This document shows positions 1 through 10,041 of a DNA stretch of 40,036 bases, in pieces. The translations under genes and the position numbers were made by a program. The notes beneath the pieces were generated by a model. The model had not been told where the DNA came from and did not search any database. It was given only the letters and a program-made list of their open reading frames with translations. The DNA comes from a virus (taxonomy: Duplodnaviria > Caudoviricetes), in the IMG/VR virus record IMGVR_UViG_3300037408_000869, positions 1 to 40,036 of that record, one strand, 5' to 3'. Position 1 is the first letter of the stretch; each line of letters opens with the position of its first letter.

Positions 1-168
1 GAACTCCGCGTCAAGCGAGGTCCCGATGCGCCCACCGAACCAGTCGGGCAAGCGGTGGGTTTCCAGGTCGTCTGCGAGGCGCCGCAGACGTGCGACGACC
101 AGTCCATTCGGACTGGTATGCTCGATTGGTTGCGGGCGCCGGTCACTGAGATTGATCACTCGGCTCAT
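1..168 (-). CDS. Hypothetical protein, runs off the window edge (MSRVINLSDRRPQ...)
   Basis: ATG at 168 just after the stop of the upstream ORF; open for 56 codons to position 1. Confidence 0.5.
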   Translation of the reverse strand, partial: MSRVINLSDRRPQPIEHTSPNGLVVARLRRLADDLETHRLPDWFGGRIGTSLDAEF

Positions 169-171
169 TGG

Positions 172-408
172 TCACTCCTCTGCGTTGCAGTGGTAGAAGA
201 GCGCCGCGGCGTACCTCTCTGCCTGCTCGATGACATCGGTCTCAGCGAGCTTGAATGGGTCGACGCTCGGGTTGGCGACAATCGCGCAGGCGAACTGCAC
301 GATCATCGCCTGGTTGTTCTTGAGGAATGCGGCGCGTGCCGCTTGCTCGCGATCGAGGGCATCGCAGTGGCGATCCCAGTCCCTCGAGGGGTCCCAATTA
401 AGCGACAT
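172..408 (-). CDS. Hypothetical phage protein (MSLNWDPSRDW...)
   Basis: ATG at 408 with GGAGG upstream; tightly packed with neighbouring minus-strand ORFs. Confidence 0.6.
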   Translation of the reverse strand: MSLNWDPSRDWDRHCDALDREQAARAAFLKNNQAMIVQFACAIVANPSVDPFKLAETDVIEQAERYAAALFYHCNAEE

Positions 409-637
409 CTGTGTCCTCCGGTGTGAGTGGGATGAGCCTGCTCGGGTGACACAAGCACCCTTGCTTGCCATTCCACCACATGTCCTCGGGTGCCCTGGTG
501 CGGCACCACAGCTCGGTCCTTTCCGTCGTGCCGATCCCGACTGTGACTTGCTCCCAGCCGGTGACGTGGACAATCTCGCGAGAGATGCAGTCCCGGTAGT
601 CGCGGCGTGCGCGGATCCTTGCGTGCCTGGGTTTCAT
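398..637 (-). CDS. Hypothetical phage protein
   Basis: ATG with GAGGAGG RBS; downstream of a TTGACC-N18-TATAGG promoter-like sequence (about 676-705, - strand). Confidence 0.6.
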   Translation of the reverse strand: MKPRHARIRARRDYRDCISREIVHVTGWEQVTVGIGTTERTELWCRTRAPEDMWWNGKQGCLCHPSRLIPLTPEDTDVA

Positions 638-787
638 GTCGTCCTCCTCATGGTTGAACGGTTGATGGAGGGCGACCTATAGCCCCATAATGGGTCTATG
701 GTCAAGGCCCATCGAGGAGAAAGATGCGGTCGTGCTGCCGGCTACCGCGGGAGGGTGTGTACCGAAATGGGGTATTTCAGTACACGG

Positions 788-1036
788 TCAGAAGAGCGGG
801 TTGGTCGGGGGTCCGAGGGAGGGGCGTTCGTCGGCTTCCTCCTCGAGGCGCAGGACCAGGACCCCGGGTGCCGGCGAGGAGATGCTGACGATGTCGTCGG
901 GGGCGAGCTCGGCTTGCAGCAGCCAGCGGCTGGGCACCTCGAGGCGAGGGTGGGAGCGGATGCGGACCAGACGACCGTCGGGCCCGGTGTACTCGCACCA
1001 CCGTCCGGAGATCACCAGGAGGCCAGATGCAAGCAT
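788..1036 (-). CDS. AbrB/SymE-like swapped-hairpin small protein
   Basis: RLEVPSRWLLQAELAPDDIVSISSPAPGVLVLR fits the AbrB/MazE/SymE pattern. Confidence 0.45.
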   Translation of the reverse strand: MLASGLLVISGRWCEYTGPDGRLVRIRSHPRLEVPSRWLLQAELAPDDIVSISSPAPGVLVLRLEEEADERPSLGPPTNPLF

Positions 1037-1070
1037 GGAACGGTGGTTTACCAGTTCGCCGCCGTCTCTG

Positions 1071-1560
1071 TCTAGCTAGATTACTCCTCCTCTAGAACTA
1101 CAGTGATTCCTAGATTCAACTCTCTCTCTAGTATTCTCCCTCTTCTGAGATATCCCTATGTGGTTATGTCAAAGTGAAGATACATAGAGAGTATGTTTGG
1201 GCCGCTCGCACCGCGGAGCTCGGGCCCGCTCCGCGGCCCCTCGAGGATCCCCCTCGAGGTCGACCAGAGCTCAGGTGCGCGACCTCGAGCAGTGAGCGAT
1301 GGGATAGCATCCCTGTACGCATCCTCGAACAGGTCTGGATTGCAAGGGCTTTCCTGGTCCCTGCCCGCAATGCCTGCTGGGTTGCTTGCGGACCGCAGTC
1401 CAGGAGGCCCTCGAGGGGCCGGCGAACGGGGTCCTCTGGGGCGGCTCGAACCGACATTGACGGGGCCCCCCCCCTGCTCTGATTTAGTGACTCCCCCTTT
1501 TCCTCATGTTACCTCGAGTTCCGGCACTTCTTGACAATCACGGGCATGGGGGGATAGTGG
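1071..1560. other. Divergent non-coding control region; candidate packaging (pac/terminus) region
   Basis: Strand switch point with an AT-rich CTAG-repeat tract, a palindrome cluster, a GGGGCCCCCCCCC run and TTGACA at 1531, upstream of the packaging operon. Confidence 0.5.
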
Positions 1561-1601
1561 TCCACAATGGTCTCACTCGGGAAGGCTGACAGGAGGATGA
1601 G

Positions 1602-1754
1602 ATGCGCAAGAGGCGGGTAGTGGTGACGTTGGAGTTGGAGACGCGGCTGAAGATCGGTGATCTCCGGGACAAGGAGTTGTGGTTGGGCGTGCTTCTGGTG
1701 GGTGACGAGGTCGAGCAGGTTGAGGTGAACGTCGTGAAGGGGGAGCGAGGTTGA
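1602..1754 (+). CDS. Small hypothetical protein, 50 aa (MRKRRVVVTLELETRLK...), not in the ORF track
   Basis: AGGAGG RBS at 1591-1596, ATG 1602, TGA 1752-1754, next ATG at 1756. Confidence 0.6.
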   Translation: MRKRRVVVTLELETRLKIGDLRDKELWLGVLLVGDEVEQVEVNVVKGERG

Positions 1755-1755
1755 C

Positions 1756-2010
1756 ATGGCGGCAGTGGCAGCAGCTGAAGTGGATGTTCTGTTGACTCTC
1801 ACTCACCTCACGCCGTTGCCGGTGGAGAGGGTCGTGGCGAAGGTTCGCGTAACGGTAGGTGATACGAGGTACGGTCAGGGGGTGTGTGATGCGCTCGAGC
1901 AAGTGGCGCGGAGGTTGCCGGTGAACCTTGCCGACATTCTCGAGCAGCCTGCCGAGCAGATCACCATGCAGGTTTACGCCGATCTCTCGACCGTTGGCAC
2001 GTCGAAGTGA
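1756..2010 (+). CDS. Hypothetical protein
   Basis: GAGG RBS and operon-like packing. Confidence 0.6.
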   Translation: MAAVAAAEVDVLLTLTHLTPLPVERVVAKVRVTVGDTRYGQGVCDALEQVARRLPVNLADILEQPAEQITMQVYADLSTVGTSK

Positions 2011-2025
2011 GCGAGGGAGCGGAAG

Positions 2026-2226
2026 ATGGCAAAGCGAGGCAACGGGCAACCTATCGAGGGCAATGACCGAGTGATACAAGCACTCGAGGAACGCATCGAG
2101 GAGTTAAAGACGGCACTTTCTCCGTTTAGGTTCGACGGGGTGCTGTTGAGCGGGGTGGTGGGGGCGACGTTCAACTATCAGGTGCCTGAGGCGGCTGTAG
2201 CGGCGGCGCGGCGGGCACTGGGGTGA
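2026..2226 (+). CDS. Hypothetical protein
   Basis: GGGAG RBS and operon-like packing. Confidence 0.6.
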   Translation: MAKRGNGQPIEGNDRVIQALEERIEELKTALSPFRFDGVLLSGVVGATFNYQVPEAAVAAARRALG

Positions 2227-2314
2227 TGTTCGAGGATCGTCCACTGCTAGCCTACCTGGCTGCGCTGGTGGTGTATGTAGCCACGATGTGCGCGGCGTAT
2301 TGGGTATTGCGGTG

Positions 2315-2722
2315 ATGGCGAAGCGGGGGATGATACCGGGGCGGAACAAGGCTCTAGCGAAGGCGGCGCTCGAGCGGCACGCGTTGTTGCGGAAGTTGCG
2401 TGAGGAAGACCGGCAGGACCTGGCGATCCTGGACGAGGCTCGGACGAGGCTCTCGACGCTGGTGCGGGATGAGGTGGAGTGGTGGTACGGGCAGGCGAAG
2501 GCACTGGCGGAGGGGGGGCAGAAGGGTGACGAGTCTCGGGCCCGGGTGGTGATGGGGATGTTGGGGAAGGTGATGGCTGATCGCAAGGAGCGAGAGGCAG
2601 GTCCTGCCGGGGCCAAGCAGCCCTTCGTCTTCCAGGTGATTGGCGACTTACAGAGGGGGACGTTGGAAGCGGTCGAGAATCTGAGGCGGGGCGCGATTGA
2701 AGTCGGGGTGAAGGAGGAGTGA
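2315..2722 (+). CDS. Probable terminase small subunit
   Basis: Helical, charged 135-aa protein two genes upstream of TerL; positional call only. Confidence 0.45.
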   Translation: MAKRGMIPGRNKALAKAALERHALLRKLREEDRQDLAILDEARTRLSTLVRDEVEWWYGQAKALAEGGQKGDESRARVVMGMLGKVMADRKEREAGPAGAKQPFVFQVIGDLQRGTLEAVENLRRGAIEVGVKEE

Positions 2723-2943
2723 TGTTCAACCTACCACCGGGAGTTGGGCTTGCTGCTGACTGGGTAGCGAAAATCAATGGCGCCGAGGCCCTCAGGCTCA
2801 GGGTGAACACTGCGGACACGCCATACAGCACCGGGTTGATTCACGGTGCGGTTGCGACGTTCGAGTCCGCGATGCCCGGGACGGTCGTCGAGTGGTCGCA
2901 GGAGAATCTGGCGATCGAGCCCGTGAGCTACTACGCCCCGTGA
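2722..2943 (+). CDS. Hypothetical protein
   Basis: Start and stop overlap both neighbours. Confidence 0.55.
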   Translation: MFNLPPGVGLAADWVAKINGAEALRLRVNTADTPYSTGLIHGAVATFESAMPGTVVEWSQENLAIEPVSYYAP

Positions 2944-4361
2944 ACGTCGAGGAGAAACAGTACCGTCCGCACGCCTCTGCGGTCCCCTTCCACGAGAGTC
3001 GCGCCGAGGTGAAGGCGCTCTGCGGTCCGGTCGGCAGCGGCAAAAGCTCCGCGGCGTGCGTCGAGGTCTTCTTCCTGTGCAGGGAATCCCCTGTGCCGGT
3101 TCGTGCGCTTGTCATGCGCGAGTCGTACCGGCAGCTGCACGATTCGACGCGCAGGACCTGGATGGAGTGGTTTGGTGGTTGCTCGCAGTACTTGAAGAGC
3201 GAGGAGACCGTCAAGTTCACCATTCCCGGCGTTGACGGTATCGAGCGCACGCACGAGATCCACTTTCGGCACGCTCGTCGCGCCGAGGAGGTCTCGAACT
3301 TTCTCTCGACTGAGTATGGTTTGATCTGGCTCGAGGAGCCGGTGCCGGCTTACGACGTCGAGCGTGGCATCATCGGTGGGGGGATGCCCGAGGATGTGTT
3401 CACCATCGTGGCGACCCGGCTCAGGCAGTCCGGTGTGCATCGACGCCACGTACTGCTGACCTTCAACCCACCGAACACGCACCACTGGGTGTACAAGACA
3501 TTCTTCAAGCCCTCGAGCGAGGAGCTCAGGCGTAAGGATTACGCCCTGTTCCGCCAGCCGGCGTTCGAGAATGCCGCCCACCTGCCGGATCGGTACTACG
3601 AGAAGATGCTCGAGCGGCTCTCTCCGGAGATGGCAGATCGCTTTGTGCGTGGCGAGCCGGTCACGATCTACCCCGGGGTGAAGGTCTTTCCCGAGTTCCA
3701 GGAGCAGATCCACCTCGGTGAGTGTCTCATGCCGTCGCGGGCTCTTCCGCTGGTGATCTCGTTCGACTTTGGTCTCACCCCGGTTGCGGTCATCGCGCAG
3801 GTTCACCCCGCGGGGCGGGTTGAGATCTATCGCGAGGTGCAGATGTGGAATGCCGGCGTGCAGAAACTTGGGGAAGAGCTGACCCGAGTGCTGCGCGACG
3901 AGTTTCCGGGGTTCGAGAAGTGGCGATGCTGGGGGGATCCTGCCGGGGCTGCTCGGTCGCAAACAGACGAGAAGACCTGCTTCGACGTTCTGGGGGCCAT
4001 GGGATTCCACGTCCAACCCGGGGCGGTCGATTGGCAGTCGCGCAAGGAAGCGGTCAAACAGCGCCTCGAGCGCATGATCGACGGCAAGCCCGGGGTGCTG
4101 ATCGACCGCCAGCGGTGCCCGATTCTGAGCGAGGGGATGCTCGGTGCGTACCGCTACCCCAAGGCGACCGACGGTCGGATCGGGCAGAGGCCTATCAAAA
4201 ACGACTTCTCGCACGTTGCCGACGCCCTTCAGTACATGCTGACGGGGGAGTTCTCGGTCACCGGGGGCGAGGCTTACGCCAAGACCCGCGAGATCAAGAT
4301 CCCGCGGTTCGACCCCTTCTCTGAACCATCCAGGGGATCGTTGACCTGGATGGGGCGCTGA
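2940..4361 (+). CDS. terL: Terminase large subunit
   Basis: Walker A GPVGSGKS, Walker B LIWLEE, nuclease motifs SFDFG, GDPAG and HVADALQY; GTG start overlapping the upstream TGA. Confidence 0.95.
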   Translation: MNVEEKQYRPHASAVPFHESRAEVKALCGPVGSGKSSAACVEVFFLCRESPVPVRALVMRESYRQLHDSTRRTWMEWFGGCSQYLKSEETVKFTIPGVDGIERTHEIHFRHARRAEEVSNFLSTEYGLIWLEEPVPAYDVERGIIGGGMPEDVFTIVATRLRQSGVHRRHVLLTFNPPNTHHWVYKTFFKPSSEELRRKDYALFRQPAFENAAHLPDRYYEKMLERLSPEMADRFVRGEPVTIYPGVKVFPEFQEQIHLGECLMPSRALPLVISFDFGLTPVAVIAQVHPAGRVEIYREVQMWNAGVQKLGEELTRVLRDEFPGFEKWRCWGDPAGAARSQTDEKTCFDVLGAMGFHVQPGAVDWQSRKEAVKQRLERMIDGKPGVLIDRQRCPILSEGMLGAYRYPKATDGRIGQRPIKNDFSHVADALQYMLTGEFSVTGGEAYAKTREIKIPRFDPFSEPSRGSLTWMGR

Positions 4362-4362
4362 T

Positions 4363-4441
4363 CCAAAACACGGTTCTGCGTCTTGCATGTCGTGCCCTGT
4401 TGGTGGTAGTGTCGCCCCCGAATTGTATCAAACACCGTTTG
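4363..4441 (+). promoter_or_regulatory. Putative promoter (TTGCAT-N18-TAGTGT) flanked by two AAAC-N3-GTT(T/C) palindromes
   Basis: Motifs at 4366-4376 and 4430-4440. Confidence 0.5.
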
Positions 4442-4455
4442 TCGGGAGTGGCAAC

Positions 4456-4716
4456 ATGAAACGCCTCGTGGTCGGCTTTACGGGAATGGCTTTGATGCTG
4501 GTGCTGGCGGGACCTGCTCGAGCCGCGGACGGGTGCTGCGTCTGTGGTGACGGCAGATGTCTCGACAGTGTCGCTGGGATGGGTGAGTGCGTCAAGCGAT
4601 GTCAACCATCGCAGACGCACGCGTACAATGCTGCTGGGCAGTGCAACGACAAGTGTTACGTCGCGACGGTCAAAGTCCGACGCGAGCAGCTCTCCGGAAA
4701 GGGGGCCGGCAAATGA
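4456..4716 (+). CDS. Small secreted Cys-rich protein
   Basis: Sec-type signal peptide ending ARA; mature part DGCCVC... has 8 Cys. Confidence 0.75.
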   Translation: MKRLVVGFTGMALMLVLAGPARAADGCCVCGDGRCLDSVAGMGECVKRCQPSQTHAYNAAGQCNDKCYVATVKVRREQLSGKGAGK

Positions 4717-5666
4717 AGCGTCTGTTCTGGCTTTTCGTCCTTCTTCTCTGGGTGCTGATTGGGGCAACGGTCTGGACTTCCAGGGCTAACGCTTCCGGCT
4801 GCTGCTGCTGCGCCGGCACCGACTGCACGCCCAATCCGCAGTGTACTTCCGACGTGGCAGGCGGCGCAGCTTGTATTGCTCTTTGCGAGCTCGAGGGTGA
4901 GGACTGCGAGGTCACAAACTACAACGAGGGGCTTACGTGCGGTGAGGGCTGCGGCGGCGCCGAGTGGCCAACCGACACACCGACGGTCACTCCGACCAGC
5001 ACACCGTCGGACACTCCGACGGAAACGCCAACCGACACTCCGACCGATACACCGACGGACACTCCGACCGATACACCGACGGACACTCCGACATCCACGC
5101 CGACCATTACCGACACGCCGACCGACACGCCCACTGATACCCCAACGGCAACTCCGACTGACACTCCGACGGAAACGCCGACCAATACCCCAACCGATAC
5201 ACCGACCGACACGCCCACGCCGACCGACACGCCCACGCCGACCGACACGCCGACCAATACCCCGGTCAATACGAGCACGCCGACCAATACCCCCACCTCT
5301 GCTCGTCTGGTCGGGATGCTCATGTACCGGGACGTGTGTGCGACCCCGACCTGCGTGAGCACTCGCACCTACGACCATCAGCAGGCGAGCCGCAATCGCT
5401 TTGGCCAAGGGGGCGGGCTGAAGACCGTACACGTCAACGTCGAGAAGGCAGATCCGAACGACACGATTTCAATCCAGGCTGAGTGCCAAGGAGCCCCGGG
5501 TGTGTTCTCCCCCTGGGTCGTGATGGGAAGTGCGCTCACCGACACGGGCAAGATCGAGGAGGATGCCTGGTGCGAGAAGATCAGGTTGAACGTGACAGAC
5601 CAGACATGCACCGGGGCCTGCCCCGCGGTCTCCGGGTGGGTCTCCGTCGATCCCCCGGTTGATTGA
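4713..5666 (+). CDS. Secreted Cys-rich protein with PT(D/E/S)T repeat linker and C-terminal beta domain
   Basis: Signal peptide ending ANA, GCCCC module, about 110-aa Pro/Thr tract; ATGA overlap with the upstream gene. Confidence 0.8.
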   Translation: MKRLFWLFVLLLWVLIGATVWTSRANASGCCCCAGTDCTPNPQCTSDVAGGAACIALCELEGEDCEVTNYNEGLTCGEGCGGAEWPTDTPTVTPTSTPSDTPTETPTDTPTDTPTDTPTDTPTDTPTSTPTITDTPTDTPTDTPTATPTDTPTETPTNTPTDTPTDTPTPTDTPTPTDTPTNTPVNTSTPTNTPTSARLVGMLMYRDVCATPTCVSTRTYDHQQASRNRFGQGGGLKTVHVNVEKADPNDTISIQAECQGAPGVFSPWVVMGSALTDTGKIEEDAWCEKIRLNVTDQTCTGACPAVSGWVSVDPPVD

Positions 5667-7519
5667 GGTCGGACGTGGAGTTGAACGGTACTCAGGTCGA
5701 GGCGCAGGAGGATCGGTTCTCCGAAGGCGAGGACCCGCGCAAGCGTGCCGTGCGCTTCAAGCGGTGGTTCGAGGATTCCCACCGCACCTTCTCCACCTGG
5801 CGCGAGAAGGCAATCGAGTCGTACAAGTTCGTCTCTGGCGACCAGTGGTCCGATAGCGACCTCGAGAAGCTGCAGAAGCAGAAGCGCCCTGCGCTCGTCA
5901 TCAACAAGATCCTGAGCCCCGTGCTGTTCCTCCTCGGTGTGCAGCGTCAGCAACGCCAGGAGCCGAAGATCCTCCCCTTCGAGGCGAGCGATGTGCGCCT
6001 CGCAGAGCTGATGGGTGTGCTCTACAAGTGGACGTCCACCCGATGCCGGGAGGACGTCGTCGACTCGGCGGTCTTCGCGGACAAGATCATCACTGGATTG
6101 GGCTACTGGAAGATCCGTTTGAACTTCGATTCGTCCCTCGAGGGTGAGATCTGGTGGGAAAGGATCTCCCCACTGGCTGTGTTCCCTGATCCGAACTTTC
6201 TCGACGGGGGGTGGGACTCCGCGCACTACGTCATCCACGCGACATGGTGGACGCTCGAGGAGGCGAAGGAGCAGTGGCCCGACCATGCGGAAGCCATCGA
6301 GAAACAGTACGGGGAATGGCTGCACTCTGGCGGGTCGTCGAACGTGTCGTTCGGGGGCGGCGAGGATGCCGGCGACTCCCTGGCTGGCGACCGGCTCTTC
6401 TGGGACCGGGAGACGCAACGCGTGCGTGTCCTCGAGATCTGGTACAAGCAGAGGGCGAGCACCCAGGTTGCCGTCAATCCGGAGACCGGCGAAGTCGTCT
6501 CCGACCCGATGATGATGCAGCAGGGGCAGGTCGCAATGGCGGGGCGCAGGGTGACGGAGATCCGCGTTGCCAACGTCCTGGATGAGCTCCTCCTCTCCGA
6601 CGAAGCGTCCCCCTACCAGGAGCCGGTGTTTCCCATCTTTCCGACCATGGGCTTCTACTTTTGGAAGACCCCGTTCGGCATCGTCGAGCCGATGAAGGAC
6701 CCGCAGCGAGAGAAGAACCGTAGGCGCTCGACGATGGTCGAGATGGTGCAGCGGTCGAGCCTCTCCGGATTCTTCAACAAGCGCGAGGGGGGCGCGAACA
6801 ACGACGACATCAAGAACTACGGGGCCGGCAGTGGGATCGTCATCAACTACGACAATACGCCCCCGACGCAGATCTCACCACCGGAGCTCCCCCAGACGCT
6901 CGTGTTCCTCGACGCCAAAGCGGACAACGAACTGCGTGACGTGACGAACATCCACAACGAGATGCTCGGGAATACCTCGCAACGGTTCGTGTCCGCTCGA
7001 GCCATCGAGGCCCGCCAGCGGTCCGGACTCACCGTGCAGGAGCCCCTCCTCGAGTCGTTCGTGCAGGACAAAGAGCCTGCGGTCCGATTCGCGATCTCCC
7101 TGATTCAGCAGTTCATGCCGATCCCGACGGCGTTGCGCATACTCGGCAACATCGTGGCCAGGAGCCCTGAGATGCCCGCTGCCGGGATGATTGCCCAGTC
7201 CCCATACGAAGAACTGCGTGCCCTCCTGTCCGATGCGTTCTCGACCAAATACGATGCCCTGGTAGGGACAAAGCCCTTCGAGCCGAGCATCCAGATCCAG
7301 AGGTGGAACGTACTTTCGGAGCTGGCGCAGACCTACCAGGGGCAGATTCCGCCTGACGTCCTGGTCGAAGCTGCCCGGGATGCGGGGCTGCTCAGTGAGT
7401 CAACCGCAGCTCGCACTCTGGCGCACGTTCAGAAGATGCAGGCCTTGCAGGATGCGACGGCCCTCTCTGCAGCCCAGTCCGGGTCCGGAGTGCCGTCGGA
7501 AGCAATATCAGGAGGATGA
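5663..7519 (+). CDS. Portal protein (P22-like)
   Basis: GDQW...RPALVINKI...G.QRQQR motif, 618 aa, between TerL and scaffold. Confidence 0.9.
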   Translation: MRSDVELNGTQVEAQEDRFSEGEDPRKRAVRFKRWFEDSHRTFSTWREKAIESYKFVSGDQWSDSDLEKLQKQKRPALVINKILSPVLFLLGVQRQQRQEPKILPFEASDVRLAELMGVLYKWTSTRCREDVVDSAVFADKIITGLGYWKIRLNFDSSLEGEIWWERISPLAVFPDPNFLDGGWDSAHYVIHATWWTLEEAKEQWPDHAEAIEKQYGEWLHSGGSSNVSFGGGEDAGDSLAGDRLFWDRETQRVRVLEIWYKQRASTQVAVNPETGEVVSDPMMMQQGQVAMAGRRVTEIRVANVLDELLLSDEASPYQEPVFPIFPTMGFYFWKTPFGIVEPMKDPQREKNRRRSTMVEMVQRSSLSGFFNKREGGANNDDIKNYGAGSGIVINYDNTPPTQISPPELPQTLVFLDAKADNELRDVTNIHNEMLGNTSQRFVSARAIEARQRSGLTVQEPLLESFVQDKEPAVRFAISLIQQFMPIPTALRILGNIVARSPEMPAAGMIAQSPYEELRALLSDAFSTKYDALVGTKPFEPSIQIQRWNVLSELAQTYQGQIPPDVLVEAARDAGLLSESTAARTLAHVQKMQALQDATALSAAQSGSGVPSEAISGG

Positions 7520-7523
7520 AGCG

Positions 7524-8024
7524 ATGGCATCTGGATTCAGTACCGATCCCAATGGGCCGTCGCGACTCGGGCAGCGGATACAGTACGCCGGTCGCCAGAG
7601 GCAGAACATCAACAACGCTCTGACCGGGAACGACGTGAACGTGGCAGACATCACGAGGGCAACCGCACTGCGCCCCGGGGCGCCTGCATCATCAGTCGCT
7701 CCACCTCCATGGCCGAACCGCTCTGCGCTCGGAGAACAAGTGGCTTTCGCGGGCACGCAACGGCAACGAATCCACCAGGCATTGACCGGGGATGACCCGA
7801 ATCTCCGGAACTACAACGTCGCAGACATCGTTGGCGCGACGAATTGGAATCTCAACCAGAACCCAAATCCCATGCGGGTTCCCGCGGCAGTTCCGACGAC
7901 TCCCCTCCAGCAGCAAGTCCAGTATGCCGGCGGTACCCAGCAAGCGGTCAACGACGCCATGAATGCCCCGGGCGTCACGATTGCCGAGCTGATCCGGCGC
8001 ATCGCCAACCGCCCGCGGTTCTAG
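7524..8024 (+). CDS. Hypothetical virion-module protein with three internal repeats
   Basis: GGAGGA RBS; repeats of L.QQ.QYAG.Q.Q.I..ALTG..V.VADI. Confidence 0.7.
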   Translation: MASGFSTDPNGPSRLGQRIQYAGRQRQNINNALTGNDVNVADITRATALRPGAPASSVAPPPWPNRSALGEQVAFAGTQRQRIHQALTGDDPNLRNYNVADIVGATNWNLNQNPNPMRVPAAVPTTPLQQQVQYAGGTQQAVNDAMNAPGVTIAELIRRIANRPRF

Positions 8025-8033
8025 TTTACCTCC

Positions 8034-8122
8034 AAACGCCGTTTCTCAAACAGCGTTGCATCTCTTGACAAGGAGATGCGTTTCGTTCTACATGGCGAAC
8101 CAGAGTTTCCAAAACACGGTTT
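8034..8122 (+). promoter_or_regulatory. Putative late promoter (TTGACA 8065-8070) with AAAC-N3-GTTT operator-like sites
   Basis: Sites at 8034-8044, 8048-8058 and 8112-8122; GCATCTC/GAGATGC inverted repeat around the -35 box. Confidence 0.55.
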
Positions 8123-8128
8123 CGCCAG

Positions 8129-8983
8129 ATGCCAGACGAATTTGAGGCGGCTGAAGCAAGTCAGGATTCGGGAGTCCAGTTCGAGATCGATCTCGAGTCA
8201 GAGGCCCCTCCGACAGACTCTTCTTCCGCCGCGGCGCAGTCGCGTGCGAGCGACCCTCCCCTAGCTGCAAGCACACCCTCCGCGGCTGCGCCCGGTGGTT
8301 GGGAAGACCGCTACCAGGCTCTCGAGCGAGACTTCCAGTATCTCCAGTCGCAGATCACCCCCTACCTCCAGCTGCAGCAGCAGCAGCTCGTGCGGGCCAA
8401 CCGGCCCCCGCGCACGCTCGAGGAAATCCAGAACGACCCGAATGCGACGGCCAAAGACCTCGTCCAGTACGTCGAGTGGCTGAACGACCAGCGGCTCGCG
8501 CAAATACGGTCTGAGACCGAGCACGCCGCGCTTCGCGCTTCCTCGACGCAACGCATCCGCGGGCTTCTGACCGCTGAGTCCCTTGGAGGTCCGGGCCGCG
8601 ACTACGACTCTCTGGTCGCCAAGCACGTAGCGCCGGCAGTGCGGCAGAACCCCTGGATTGCGCAGGCAGTCCACGCGGCATCTCCGCAAGACCCTGCCCT
8701 CGGTGAGTACATCCTCGGCGCCATTGCCGAGATTGCCCAACGCAGTGGCGGCGACATCGCCAAGGCGATGCGCTCGATCTGGAACGCACTCGATGCCGAG
8801 CAACGTGGGGCTCGGGAAGTGACCTCCAGGATCACCGAGGCGCAACGCCAGCAGGCGCAACGGGTCGTGCCCGGTTCCTTTCCCGGCACGACCAGGACGC
8901 GCCGCCTATCGGCGCAGGACATCTCCACGATGAGTGATGCGGATTTCGACCGCCTGGATCGTCAGATCTCTGGCGGCTTCTAG
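8129..8983 (+). CDS. Capsid scaffolding protein
   Basis: Acidic disordered N-terminus, helical core, C-terminal DISTMSDADFDRL; immediately before the capsid gene. Confidence 0.75.
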   Translation: MPDEFEAAEASQDSGVQFEIDLESEAPPTDSSSAAAQSRASDPPLAASTPSAAAPGGWEDRYQALERDFQYLQSQITPYLQLQQQQLVRANRPPRTLEEIQNDPNATAKDLVQYVEWLNDQRLAQIRSETEHAALRASSTQRIRGLLTAESLGGPGRDYDSLVAKHVAPAVRQNPWIAQAVHAASPQDPALGEYILGAIAEIAQRSGGDIAKAMRSIWNALDAEQRGAREVTSRITEAQRQQAQRVVPGSFPGTTRTRRLSAQDISTMSDADFDRLDRQISGGF

Positions 8984-8995
8984 CAGGAGGTAAAA

Positions 8996-10012
8996 ATGGG
9001 CGTTCTGACTTCGTCAAGCACGGTTCCACCGGCAGTGTCGAGCTACTTCGACAGGAAGCTGCTTCGACGTGCCACGCCGCATCTGCACTACGGCAGAGTC
9101 ACGCAACAGCGACCCCTGTCAATGCGCAGCGGCAATACGATGGTCTTCCGCAAGATCTCGGCACTTTCGCTGGCTCTGACCCCACTGGTCGAAGGGGTAC
9201 CCCCGTCTGGGAAGCAGCTCTCCAAGAGCGACCTCTCGGTGACCATCCAGCAGTGGGGCGACTACGTCACTCTGAGCGACCTCGTCCAGGCAACGGTGGA
9301 ACACCCCATTTTGCAGGACGCGAACCGGGTTCTCGGGGAGCAAGCCGGCCAGACCATCGATGCCCTCATCCGGGACGTGGCAGTAGCTGGCACGTCCTGC
9401 TTCTTCACGAATGCTGCGTCGGTGACACTCAGAACGCAGATCTCCACCACCACCGACAAGGTGACCACTACACTGCTCGACCGCATGATCCGCTATCTGA
9501 ACCAGCAGAACGCTCGCAGGTTCACCGAACTCATCGAGGCAACCACCAAGGTGAGCACGAAAGGCATCCGGCCCGCCTTCTGGTCTGTTACGACCCCCGA
9601 AGTCTTGTTCACGCTCGAGACTCTGAGCGGGTGGAAGCCGATCGAGGAGTACTCGAGCAATGGTCCAGTCCTGGAAGGTGAGGCGGGAGCTTACAAGGAC
9701 ATCCGCTTCCTGATCTCCTCGCAGGCAAAGTCGTATCCCGGCGGGGGGACGACGGGCTCTGGCGACGTGAAGATGACGTCCTCGGTTGCTGACGTTCACG
9801 TCATCTGCGTGTTCGGCACCGACGCTATCGGGAGCGTACCGCTCGAAGGGCACTCGCTGAAGAACATCATCAAGCCGCTCGGAAGCGGCGGGGTTGCGGA
9901 TCCCCTCAACCAGATTTCCACAAGCGGGTGGATTCACACCGGGGCCCGCAAGCGCCTCGAGGAGACGTTTATGACCCGCGGCGAAGTGGCCGTCGGAGAC
10001 GTGGCCCCGTAA
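8996..10012 (+). CDS. Major capsid protein, N4-gp56 family
   Basis: PLVEGVPP...TIQQWGDY, GE.G.YKDIRF, IIKPLGSGG..DPLNQ..T.GW motifs. Confidence 0.92.
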   Translation: MGVLTSSSTVPPAVSSYFDRKLLRRATPHLHYGRVTQQRPLSMRSGNTMVFRKISALSLALTPLVEGVPPSGKQLSKSDLSVTIQQWGDYVTLSDLVQATVEHPILQDANRVLGEQAGQTIDALIRDVAVAGTSCFFTNAASVTLRTQISTTTDKVTTTLLDRMIRYLNQQNARRFTELIEATTKVSTKGIRPAFWSVTTPEVLFTLETLSGWKPIEEYSSNGPVLEGEAGAYKDIRFLISSQAKSYPGGGTTGSGDVKMTSSVADVHVICVFGTDAIGSVPLEGHSLKNIIKPLGSGGVADPLNQISTSGWIHTGARKRLEETFMTRGEVAVGDVAP

Positions 10013-10041
10013 CGGGGTGGAGGGAGAAGAGGAGACCTGAC

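Noticed and set aside
1211-1272. Cloning-vector multiple cloning site contamination
   Set aside because: Sites are duplicated, their order does not match polylinkers I recall, and there is no flanking vector sequence; a UniVec check is still advisable
2931-4388. Long antisense ORFs opposite TerL, portal, capsid, the giant protein and the annealase
   Set aside because: Expected in high-GC coding DNA; the sense frames carry the recognisable motifs
4919-5368. Antisense and alternate-frame ORFs over the PT repeats (VGVSVGV..., RRPTRR...), also at 13780-15785
   Set aside because: Shadows of stop-free 12-bp coding repeats; no RBS or independent features
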